IMG/VR virus record: IMGVR_UViG_3300045988_109049
DNA from: a virus
Direction: 5' to 3' (one strand)
Length of the DNA stretch: 64,000 nt
Shown here: one piece after another, positions 55,677-64,000 of the stretch
How positions within the stretch are numbered: the first letter of the stretch is position 1
Layout of the letters: each line of letters begins with the position of its first letter
Position numbers and translations under genes: made by a program
The notes under the pieces: generated by a model
What the model saw: the letters and a program-made list of their open reading frames with translations, nothing else
Databases searched by the model: none
Told to the model about the DNA's origin: nothing

Positions 55677-57935
55677 ATGGATGAAGAAGTATTAATACAA
55701 ACTAATGAATATCAAACTCCTATAACCAGAGAACTTTTATCTAAATATCCAGATGAAGTGGTAGAGCAATTTATGGACTTCATTTCTACAGTTCCTTTTA
55801 TTCAGAATCTTATTTCTTCTTCTAGACCAAAAATAGAAGATTTACCCAGAGATAAGTATAATAGAGCTATTATAGATATAACTAACCCACCAATATATAA
55901 AGATGCAGATTATTTCAGGCAATCTGCATTGTATTTTCTAAAAGAAGGGGTATATACAAAACTTATACCTAATCCTAATCCTAATAGTGAGTATAGAAGA
56001 TTCTGGGATAGAGAAATAGATAGATGCTATAATGGTCTCTTAAGAGAATCTGATGGAATGTGGATTCCAGGATATTTATATTGGTTCCTCAATTATTGTC
56101 CAATGATGATAAATGAATATCAGAAGGGCAAAAAGAAAGCTATAAGAAAGGAGGGATTCGGGCTATTCTTTGAAGGAATTTGGCTACGGTATCTATACCT
56201 TAATGACGCCAGAGAAGAAGGCCATCATGCTGCAGAGCTTGCTAAGAGAGGTTGTAGTAAAAGTTACTCATTGGCATCTATAATGTCAAAAAATTTGATA
56301 ATAGGGGAGTCTGTGGAAACTCAAAGAAGAAATATTACAGTTCTCACAGCATACCAAAAGGAGTATCTTAGAGATGATAAGGATGGAACTTTAAGTAAGT
56401 TTGTTCCTACTTTATCTCACTTGTCAAAATACACTCCATTTCCTAGACTAATGATTAAACAGTCATCTAATGAGATGACCTGGCAAATGGGATATAAGGA
56501 TGAGTATGGGAAACTTCAAGGGTCACTAAATATGGTTATGGGGGTATCTGCTAAAGATGACTCTGATAAGTTAAGAGGAAAGAGAGGTTGGATATTATTT
56601 GAAGAGTTTGGTAACTTTAGTGGACTACTGGAGCTTTACGATGTTACTAGAAAATCAGTAGAAGATGGTGATTTTACTTTCTCTCTAATGTATCTTGTGG
56701 GTACAGCCAACAATAAAGAATCTAATTTCCAGTCTGCTAAAACTTTATTATATGCTCCCAGTTCTTATAATATAAAAGAAGTAAAAAATGTATATGATAA
56801 GAAAGGTCAAGGAAAAGATTACTTCGCATATTTCTTTCCAGCTTACTTAAATAGAGCAGGATGCTTTAATGAAGATGGAATATCGGATGTAGTAATGGCC
56901 CTATTACAAATATTGAATAATAGATATAAAGCAAAATATGGGGCTGATCCAACCTCAGTATTAAGAGTAATAGCAGAAGATCCTATTACTCCTGCAGAAG
57001 CTATTATAAAGGTAAAAGATGCTTATTTTAATGTACAAGCTCTTAATGAGAGAGCTTCTCAATTGGATAAAAATCCTAGCCTATATAATGATATATATGT
57101 TGGGGAATTATATATTGATGGAGAAGGAGAAGTAAAATTCAGACCAACTGATAGTACTCCTATACGGAGTTATCCAGTTGATAATGATACTAAGGGAGCA
57201 TTGGAGATATATGCTATGCCTGAAAAGGACAAATCTGGTAAAGTATTCAATAACAGGTATATTATAGGAGTAGACCCTGTTGATAATGATGTAGCTGAAT
57301 CCTCTTCATTATACTCATGCTTTGTATTCGATTTATTTACTGATACCATAGTAGCTGAGTTTACTGGAAGAAATCCTTTTGCTGATGATAATTTTGAGAT
57401 AACAAGATTATTATGTTTGTTCTATAATGCAAGATGTTTGTATGAGAGTAATAAGAAAGGAATATATGCATATTTTAAAGTTAAAAGAAGTGTTCATCTT
57501 TTAGCTGAAACTCCAGAGTATCTTAGAGACAAACAACTTATAAAGTACAGTAATGTTGGATCTAATGCATATGGAGTAAATGCCAGTTCTGCTATTAATA
57601 ATTATGCTAATTCTTTATTACGAGATTGGTTTAATAAGCTAGTTCCCATAGTTATAGAAAGGGAGGATGGGACTTCAGATCAAGTAAATGTTCCAGTAAT
57701 ATATACTTTAAAAACAAGAGCTTTAATAGAAGAGGCTATACAATTTAATCCTGAAATCAATGTAGATAGAATAAGAGCTATGGGAATGGTTATGATATAT
57801 AGACAAGAATATATTATAAGATATGGTGATAATATGAATGCTGAGTCTAGAGAAAAATATGATGAGGACGATTTAAGTAATGATCCCTACTTTAGAAATA
57901 ACTACGATCTTAGATTTGGCAGTAAATTTAGCTAA
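55677..57935 (+). CDS. terL: Terminase large subunit
   Basis: Walker A-like AKRGCSKSY, Walker B-like GWILFEEFG, nuclease-domain IIGVDPVDND. Lies directly upstream of the portal-sized gene. Confidence 0.65.
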   Translation: MDEEVLIQTNEYQTPITRELLSKYPDEVVEQFMDFISTVPFIQNLISSSRPKIEDLPRDKYNRAIIDITNPPIYKDADYFRQSALYFLKEGVYTKLIPNPNPNSEYRRFWDREIDRCYNGLLRESDGMWIPGYLYWFLNYCPMMINEYQKGKKKAIRKEGFGLFFEGIWLRYLYLNDAREEGHHAAELAKRGCSKSYSLASIMSKNLIIGESVETQRRNITVLTAYQKEYLRDDKDGTLSKFVPTLSHLSKYTPFPRLMIKQSSNEMTWQMGYKDEYGKLQGSLNMVMGVSAKDDSDKLRGKRGWILFEEFGNFSGLLELYDVTRKSVEDGDFTFSLMYLVGTANNKESNFQSAKTLLYAPSSYNIKEVKNVYDKKGQGKDYFAYFFPAYLNRAGCFNEDGISDVVMALLQILNNRYKAKYGADPTSVLRVIAEDPITPAEAIIKVKDAYFNVQALNERASQLDKNPSLYNDIYVGELYIDGEGEVKFRPTDSTPIRSYPVDNDTKGALEIYAMPEKDKSGKVFNNRYIIGVDPVDNDVAESSSLYSCFVFDLFTDTIVAEFTGRNPFADDNFEITRLLCLFYNARCLYESNKKGIYAYFKVKRSVHLLAETPEYLRDKQLIKYSNVGSNAYGVNASSAINNYANSLLRDWFNKLVPIVIEREDGTSDQVNVPVIYTLKTRALIEEAIQFNPEINVDRIRAMGMVMIYRQEYIIRYGDNMNAESREKYDEDDLSNDPYFRNNYDLRFGSKFS

Positions 57936-57969
57936 AAAGAATGTTAGGAATTAATAAACTACTTATATT

Positions 57970-58001
57970 ATTGTTTTAGAAAGCAGTTTCACGTAACTTT
58001 G
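57970..58001 (+). promoter_or_regulatory. Candidate Bacteroidota-type promoter upstream of the portal gene
   Basis: aTTG (57970-57973), a 20-nt spacer, then TAacTTTG (57994-58001). Confidence 0.35.
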
Positions 58002-58023
58002 TAAAGAATAAAATGAATCAAAT

Positions 58024-60426
58024 ATGTCTGAATTAATAAATTTACCTCCACAGCAATTACCATTCTCCAAGAAGAATAAGAAGTGGAGAAAGGCACATCT
58101 TGATTGGGCTGACTCTAAAACTTTCTTCAACTATAGTCTTGTAAGAAAATCTGTAATTCATAAAAAGATCAATTATGACCTTTTGAATGGAAAACTTCAT
58201 ATGTCAGATATAGAATTAGTGTTGAACCCTGATAGTATAAAGGCTGGATTTGTTCCAGATAGGATTCAGCATTATCCTATTATGAATAGCAAATTAAATG
58301 TGTTAAGAGGTGAAGAATCTAGAAGAGTCTTTGATTATAGAGTAATTGTAACTAATCCAAATGCTATCTCTGAAATAGAGAATAATAAGAAGGAAGAGCT
58401 ATTACAGAACCTACAGAAACTAATGGCTGATACATCTAAATCTGAGGAAGAATTTAACCAAGAATTAGAAAAACTTAATGATTATTATACCTATGAGTGG
58501 CAAGACATGCGGGAGATAAGGGGGAATGCTATTCTTAATCACTATGTTAAAGAATATAATATCCCATTATTATTCAATAATGGCTTCATGGATGCAGTCA
58601 CTGTAGGTGAAGAAATATATCAATGTGATATTGTTGGGGGAGAGCCTGTAATAGAAAGACTTAATCCTTTAAAGGTTAGAATATTCAAATCAGGTTATTC
58701 TAATAAAATAGAAGATGCTGATATAATTATAATAGAGGATTATTGGAGCCCTGGTAGAGTTATAGATACATATCATGATGTCTTAAGTAAAAAAGATATT
58801 GAATATATAGAGAATATCCCTGACCATATTGGTCAAGCATCTATTGATTCAATGGATAATATAGATGAAAGATTTGGATATGTAAATAACCATATGGTAG
58901 GAGAAGAGATAAGTACAGATGGGTTCTATTTTGACCCCTTTAATCTATTCTCAGATTCTATCTCAAATTCTTTACTCCCTTACGATCTAGCAGGCAATAT
59001 TAAAGTGCTAAGAATGTATTGGAAATCTAGAAGGAGAATAAAGAAGGTTAAATCCTATGATCCAGAGACTGGGGAAGAAGTTTATAATTTCTTTCCTGAA
59101 ACTTACATTATAGATAAGGATAATGGAGAGGAGGAGCAAATATTTTACATAAACGAAGCTTGGGAAGGTACTAAGATAGGAACTGATATTTATGTAAATA
59201 TGAGACCTAGAGTAGTACAATATAATAGATTATCTAATTCATCTAGATGTCATTTCGGTATTATAGGAAGTATATATAATCTTAATGATAGTAGGCCATT
59301 TTCTTTAGTCGATATGATGAAGAGATATAATTATTTCTATGATGTTATTCATGATAGACTAAATAAGATAATGGCTAGAAACTGGGGAAAACTATTAAGA
59401 TTAGATTTCGCCAAAATTCCGAAGAAATGGGATATAGAAAAATGGATGTATTATGCCAAAGTTAATGGTATAGCAGTTGAAGATAGCTTCAAAGAAGGTA
59501 ATATAGGAGCTGCTAGTGGAAAACTTGCAGGAGCTCTTAATAATTCCTCTTCTGGAGTAATAGATGCTGAGTTTGGAAATTCTATTCAATCACAGATTAA
59601 CCTTCTTGAGTTTATCAAGATGGAGATGTCTGAGGTGGTTGGGATTACTAGACAAAGAGAAGGACAAATAAGTAATAGAGAGACAGTAGGAGGAGTGGAA
59701 AGAGCTACCTTACAATCTTCTCATATAACTGAATGGTTGTTTGTTGTACATGATGATGTAAAGAGACGAGTATTAGAGTGTTTTCTGGAAACAGCTAAGA
59801 TAGCTTTTAAGGGAAGAAGTAAAAAGTTCCAATATATTTTATCAGATAATTCCATGAGAATTATGGATATAGATGGGGATGAATTTGCAGAAGCTGACTA
59901 TGGTTTAGTTGTTGACAATAGCCAAGGTACTCAAGAATTAGCACAGAAACTGGACATGTTAGCACAAGCTGCTTTACAAAATCAAGCATTATCATTCTCT
60001 ACAATCATGAGATTATATAATTCTAGTTCTTTAGCTGAAAAGCAGAGATTAGTAGAGAGAGATGAACAAGCTATACAAGCAAGAAATGCCCAAGCTCAAC
60101 AGCAACAATTACAGACTCAGCAACAAATAGTCCAATTAGAGAATGAACAGAGATTAGCTGAGATGCAGCAGAAAGAACAAGCTAATATAAGGGATAATGA
60201 AACTAAAATCATTGTGGCTCAGATACAGGCTAATAGTAAGGAAGATGGAATAAGTGAGCCTGAAACTGATGATGATAGAGCTAATTTAAGAGAGAAAATT
60301 AGAGAGTTCGATGAAAAGCTTAAACTAGAAAAAGAGAAACTTTCCTTTGAAAGGAAAAAACACTCTGATGATATAAGAATAAAAGAGAAATCTTTACAAA
60401 ACAAAAATACTAACTCTAATAAATAA
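58024..60426 (+). CDS. Portal protein (putative)
   Basis: 800 aa, immediately after TerL. Long Gln-rich coiled coil near the C-terminus. No diagnostic motif can be read by eye. Confidence 0.55.
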   Translation: MSELINLPPQQLPFSKKNKKWRKAHLDWADSKTFFNYSLVRKSVIHKKINYDLLNGKLHMSDIELVLNPDSIKAGFVPDRIQHYPIMNSKLNVLRGEESRRVFDYRVIVTNPNAISEIENNKKEELLQNLQKLMADTSKSEEEFNQELEKLNDYYTYEWQDMREIRGNAILNHYVKEYNIPLLFNNGFMDAVTVGEEIYQCDIVGGEPVIERLNPLKVRIFKSGYSNKIEDADIIIIEDYWSPGRVIDTYHDVLSKKDIEYIENIPDHIGQASIDSMDNIDERFGYVNNHMVGEEISTDGFYFDPFNLFSDSISNSLLPYDLAGNIKVLRMYWKSRRRIKKVKSYDPETGEEVYNFFPETYIIDKDNGEEEQIFYINEAWEGTKIGTDIYVNMRPRVVQYNRLSNSSRCHFGIIGSIYNLNDSRPFSLVDMMKRYNYFYDVIHDRLNKIMARNWGKLLRLDFAKIPKKWDIEKWMYYAKVNGIAVEDSFKEGNIGAASGKLAGALNNSSSGVIDAEFGNSIQSQINLLEFIKMEMSEVVGITRQREGQISNRETVGGVERATLQSSHITEWLFVVHDDVKRRVLECFLETAKIAFKGRSKKFQYILSDNSMRIMDIDGDEFAEADYGLVVDNSQGTQELAQKLDMLAQAALQNQALSFSTIMRLYNSSSLAEKQRLVERDEQAIQARNAQAQQQQLQTQQQIVQLENEQRLAEMQQKEQANIRDNETKIIVAQIQANSKEDGISEPETDDDRANLREKIREFDEKLKLEKEKLSFERKKHSDDIRIKEKSLQNKNTNSNK

Positions 60427-60431
60427 ATAAG

Positions 60432-61490
60432 ATGTTAAGAGTAAAGGATATAATTATTTCAGAGTCTGCTCCGAATGATTCAAAAGTTGGATGGATAACC
60501 ATTAGTAATGGAAAGCCTGTACTTAGATTCAATATAAATGGAGTATGGAAGGATATGACGGAAAAGACTGATAACCCAGGAGAGGATGTAGATAATTATT
60601 ATAGAATATTAGTAGATCCGGCTGGAGGTCTTTGGTTGCTGTCCATATATGGAGATGCAGATTTGAACAATGATGAGCAGACTACTGATATGACCGCAGT
60701 TTGTTTCAGTACTGAAGAATCCTTAATGAGATGGAGATTTGTTGCCGGATACACTGTTGGTCAGTATAAGGCATTAACTGGAGAAACTATTTCAAATGAA
60801 ATTGATTTTGATGATAAGCATCAATTTCCATTATATATTGACTCAGATTTAATTAGTTCAGCAAAATATGGTCAATTAGAAGACACAGATACTTTAACAG
60901 AGATACTCCAAAGGTTATGGGGTAATTGTGGGGAAGGAACTGTAAGACAGTTTACAGACGGCTATGGAAACATATACAATGTATCTAAAGTAGCAGATAG
61001 TAATACTGTTTCAGTAATTAAGTATTTTCCAGAAGAACAATGGGTAACCTTTTTATTTGGGTCTAATGTAAGCTTCTCTGATAATGCTGCTATAATAGCA
61101 GCTATGAATGGAGGGAGCACAGTTACTATAGATTTAGCAGATATACAATCTATTATATCTTCTACTAGATATGGAAATACAGATAATTCTAATGTTACCC
61201 TTTATCCTAATCAGACAGTATGGTGTTCTGTAGCTGCAGAAGCATTAAATGTTACCATCAATACAGATGGTAGGGAAAAAAGTAGTGCGATGTCAGGAGT
61301 AAGTTATTTGGCTTGTAAACCTTATGTTAAGACTATAAATCTTACAGCTGGAGCCAATATCAGTATATTTCCAAGTGGTCCCTTGAGCTTAACAGGCAGT
61401 GGAAACAAATTAGTACAATTTACCTTCGTAAAAACAAGTGAAGGAATTGCTTATGAGGTTTATGTTAGTAAATTAGGAGAAGATTTTTAA
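60432..61490 (+). CDS. Putative virion structural/appendage protein
   Basis: Position after portal; beta-rich, Ser/Thr/Asn-rich composition. Confidence 0.35.
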   Translation: MLRVKDIIISESAPNDSKVGWITISNGKPVLRFNINGVWKDMTEKTDNPGEDVDNYYRILVDPAGGLWLLSIYGDADLNNDEQTTDMTAVCFSTEESLMRWRFVAGYTVGQYKALTGETISNEIDFDDKHQFPLYIDSDLISSAKYGQLEDTDTLTEILQRLWGNCGEGTVRQFTDGYGNIYNVSKVADSNTVSVIKYFPEEQWVTFLFGSNVSFSDNAAIIAAMNGGSTVTIDLADIQSIISSTRYGNTDNSNVTLYPNQTVWCSVAAEALNVTINTDGREKSSAMSGVSYLACKPYVKTINLTAGANISIFPSGPLSLTGSGNKLVQFTFVKTSEGIAYEVYVSKLGEDF

Positions 61491-61494
61491 GATT

Positions 61495-63243
61495 ATGGGA
61501 GTGATAAGAAAATTAAAAGATAAAGAACTGGTTGGAGGAACCCAAGATGAAGAAGTTTATCCTATAACAAGTACACAATCAGTTTATAATAGCCAGAATA
61601 AGACATTGGATCAGCTGTTAGCTCTTAATCTTCCAATAAATATTTCTGCCAATTATTCTGCCAATTATTCTGCCACTGCATACTCTCTTCAAGAGGCTAT
61701 AAGTGCAGTTCCCTTATATGATAGAAGGATTGGATTTGTAGGAACATTTTTATCTAAGGATTTGACTCCGAATAAGTGGGTAACCATACAGTATAATGGT
61801 GTATCTGTAGATAGTAGTGCTTGGGTTAACCCTGATAATTGGGTTCAGATGTTATCTGAGTTAGATATAGTACAATCTATTGGAGAGTCTGAAGATAAAG
61901 TGATGAGTCAGAAAGCTATAAAAGAGTATGTTGAAAGAAATAAAGACTCTACAGTAACGTATGACTTATCTTTATTTGAAGCATTATCTTTTGGAGATAA
62001 TGTCAGCAATGCTTTTGTACCTATATCTGGTGGATTTGAAGGCATGTCTAAGTTTCCTTCTATAGGGGATAAGGTAGCTAACGTAGCTTATGGTTCTATC
62101 CAAGGAGTGGTAATATTCTCTGGGATAGAACTAAGAACAGGCAGAAAAGTGGTAATATATACGAGTTATGGAGGAGTAAATACTATATATATCAATAACA
62201 ACTCTGTCTCTAATATATCCAGAACTCATGTATATAATTTTGCCTTATTAAAGACTATTAACGGTGATAGCATGTCTTCAGAACTTAGAGCTGCATTTAT
62301 ACCAGTGGGGGGTAATGAATTAATTCCTCCTAGAGCTGGAGATGTAGCTGTTTCAGCCGGATCCTCTGAAAGTGCCGTATTTGTTTCAGTTACCTATGAT
62401 GATAGTGCCTATACCATTCATTATATAGTAAATGATGAGCATAGGATGATAAAAGCATCTTCCGATTGGGTGATACAGGACTATACTGTATATAGCTTAC
62501 CAGAGTTAAAATACTCAATAGAAGCTCTAACCGCTAAATTACCTTTATCTAGATTTCTAGTACTTCAAACCGGAGACTCACAAGTAAATGTTGCTAAAGC
62601 ATTAGGTATGAGTTCTAGTGCTACTAGTGGTATGATAACTACTTCATTGATTAGATTAAGTACTGTTCCTGTAATTAATCTAGTGTCTAATAACGCTGAT
62701 ACTAGTGAGAATAGAATAAAGTGCAATATAAGTGAATTTTCTGAGATTATAGGTACTTCAGCTAAAACCTTGCATAGAATATCTTTTATTTATATGGGTA
62801 AGGCATATGATTATGACTTCTATGCAAAAGATAATAATGAATACACTGTTAGAGTTACAGTGGGCGGATTAAATGTGGAGACCCTGTCATTTGTTAATAT
62901 TCAGGCTCTGAATGGTTCTTCTAATGTCAATACTATAAAAACTGCTTTAAAAATAGATAGTTCAAAATCCATTAAGTCTAGACTGGAAGAGCTATCAAAA
63001 TGTACAGTAGTATTAACGGATGATGATGCAAGTGACAATTTTGAGGATAGAACTTATGTAAATTTATATAAAAGTAGAAAGAGTATAAATTCTACTTCAT
63101 ATGCAGGTGTAGCTATGACCTATATGAGTTCGAATTATATACAAACTACTTTCTTCTATAATCCAACTCCGGAAGAGGAAGATTTAGATTATTCAAAAAC
63201 ACATAGAGAGGTCTATTTATTGGGTGAACCTTCAATTGACTAA
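61495..63243 (+). CDS. Putative tail-fibre/appendage protein
   Basis: Composition and position. Contains the internal tandem duplication ANYSANYSA. Confidence 0.35.
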   Translation: MGVIRKLKDKELVGGTQDEEVYPITSTQSVYNSQNKTLDQLLALNLPINISANYSANYSATAYSLQEAISAVPLYDRRIGFVGTFLSKDLTPNKWVTIQYNGVSVDSSAWVNPDNWVQMLSELDIVQSIGESEDKVMSQKAIKEYVERNKDSTVTYDLSLFEALSFGDNVSNAFVPISGGFEGMSKFPSIGDKVANVAYGSIQGVVIFSGIELRTGRKVVIYTSYGGVNTIYINNNSVSNISRTHVYNFALLKTINGDSMSSELRAAFIPVGGNELIPPRAGDVAVSAGSSESAVFVSVTYDDSAYTIHYIVNDEHRMIKASSDWVIQDYTVYSLPELKYSIEALTAKLPLSRFLVLQTGDSQVNVAKALGMSSSATSGMITTSLIRLSTVPVINLVSNNADTSENRIKCNISEFSEIIGTSAKTLHRISFIYMGKAYDYDFYAKDNNEYTVRVTVGGLNVETLSFVNIQALNGSSNVNTIKTALKIDSSKSIKSRLEELSKCTVVLTDDDASDNFEDRTYVNLYKSRKSINSTSYAGVAMTYMSSNYIQTTFFYNPTPEEEDLDYSKTHREVYLLGEPSID

Positions 63244-63247
63244 TATT

Positions 63248-63577
63248 ATGAATGTTAGACATGATGATGATTTTAAAATTTCTGTAAATTTTGTTGGAGA
63301 GGATGGCACTCCATTAAATAACTCTGAGGTAAAGTTTAACTTTGTTTATCAAGATTGCGAAGGTAATAAATATGAAGTATCTTTCGATGGAACAACCAGA
63401 TTGAATAATGTAGTCAAAGATGATCGTGTTGTAATTATATTTAATGCTAACACGTTTCAGAGAGGCCAACTATCTGTAACAAGGAGATACCAAGTGGATG
63501 ATAGTGATTTTAATGATGGGGTATGGAACTACAGTTCTCCTCAAGGTAGTGAATTAATAGATGTGATTATAATATAA
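63248..63577 (+). CDS. Small beta-rich (Ig-like?) structural protein
   Basis: ATG at 63248 (MNVRHDDDFKISVNF...) avoids the overlap created by the track's alternative start. Confidence 0.35.
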   Translation: MNVRHDDDFKISVNFVGEDGTPLNNSEVKFNFVYQDCEGNKYEVSFDGTTRLNNVVKDDRVVIIFNANTFQRGQLSVTRRYQVDDSDFNDGVWNYSSPQGSELIDVIII

Positions 63578-63583
63578 TTAGAT

Positions 63584-64000
63584 ATGCAAGATTCCTGTAT
63601 TACAGTACAAATACCAGTCGTAGAAGAAGAAATAATCTGTCCACAACCTCAGATTCAAGTACAAGAAAAAGTAGTAGTTCCAGCTATTGTTCAAAAACCT
63701 AAATTCATTCCCGACCCGTCATGGGGAAATCTTGACGAATGCCCGGATAATGACATTTGGTTTGTGGTGACAGACGATAAACCGACGACATTTGAAGATT
63801 ATATTTTTGTGCAGTACTCCTCTTTTGATGTAAAAAGTTATAAGATAGATTGGGGAGACGGTAGTGAAATTTATACCGCTATCGCCCCAGCGACTACCAA
63901 TATAACAAACCATAAATATTTAAAAGGAACTGGCAGAATAGATACTAATGGCAGGGAATTTTGGATAATGAAGGTTACGTATGAATTACATTCGATTGAC
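63584..64000 (+). CDS. Structural protein with PKD-like motif, N-terminal 139 aa (runs off the window end)
   Basis: Not in the ORF track. Hand translation from ATG 63584 is open to 64000. YKIDWGDGSE resembles the PKD-domain WDFGDGS motif. Confidence 0.45.
   Translation, partial: MQDSCITVQIPVVEEEIICPQPQIQVQEKVVVPAIVQKPKFIPDPSWGNLDECPDNDIWFVVTDDKPTTFEDYIFVQYSSFDVKSYKIDWGDGSEIYTAIAPATTNITNHKYLKGTGRIDTNGREFWIMKVTYELHSID

Noticed and set aside
1-64000. Integrase, excisionase or repressor lysogeny module; reverse transcriptase (group II intron, retron or DGR)
   Set aside because: No tyrosine- or serine-recombinase motifs and no YxDD reverse transcriptase motifs were recognised in any listed ORF. 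This absence is judged by eye only.

Overview
AT-rich dsDNA phage fragment with the layout of a crAss-like (Crassvirales-type) podovirus. A long minus-strand block (1-50339) carries a giant virion-type RNA polymerase, the replication module and nucleotide metabolism. The replication module includes PolA, a Toprim primase, a DnaB-like helicase, an SF2 helicase, an AAA_24-like ATPase, UDG and nucleases. Nucleotide metabolism includes ThyX, thioredoxin, class II RNR, dUTPase and a PRTase. A divergent plus-strand block (50896-64000) carries small DNA-binding proteins, TerL, portal and appendage proteins. TTTG/TAnnTTTG promoter boxes suggest a Bacteroidota host.

Three things stand out.

1. An operon at 30549-35321 inside the replication module has the motifs of a ubiquitin-like conjugation system. 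It encodes a ThiF/E1-like adenylase, a JAB/JAMM protease with a complete E...HxHx7SxxD signature, and a 437-aa protein with a UBC/E2-like HxH...C motif. A separately terminated upstream gene has an N-terminus that reads like a beta-grasp (Ubl) domain.

2. One related family of group I introns is present in five copies, with recognisable P, Q, R and S core elements. Four copies split essential genes: the RNAP, PolA at motif C, UDG at GQD|PY, and the ATPase. These four carry HNH or LAGLIDADG endonuclease ORFs. The fifth copy is a compact ORF-less core with no detectable coding exons. It lies next to two tRNA genes and an antisense HNH gene.

3. Accessory genes sit among the core genes: a HicA toxin with an atypical acidic partner, a Panacea-domain antitoxin-like gene beside an ASCH gene, a membrane-anchored retropepsin-like protease, an SPFH lipoprotein module and a vWA protein.

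All functional calls come from motifs read by eye. No database search was possible.
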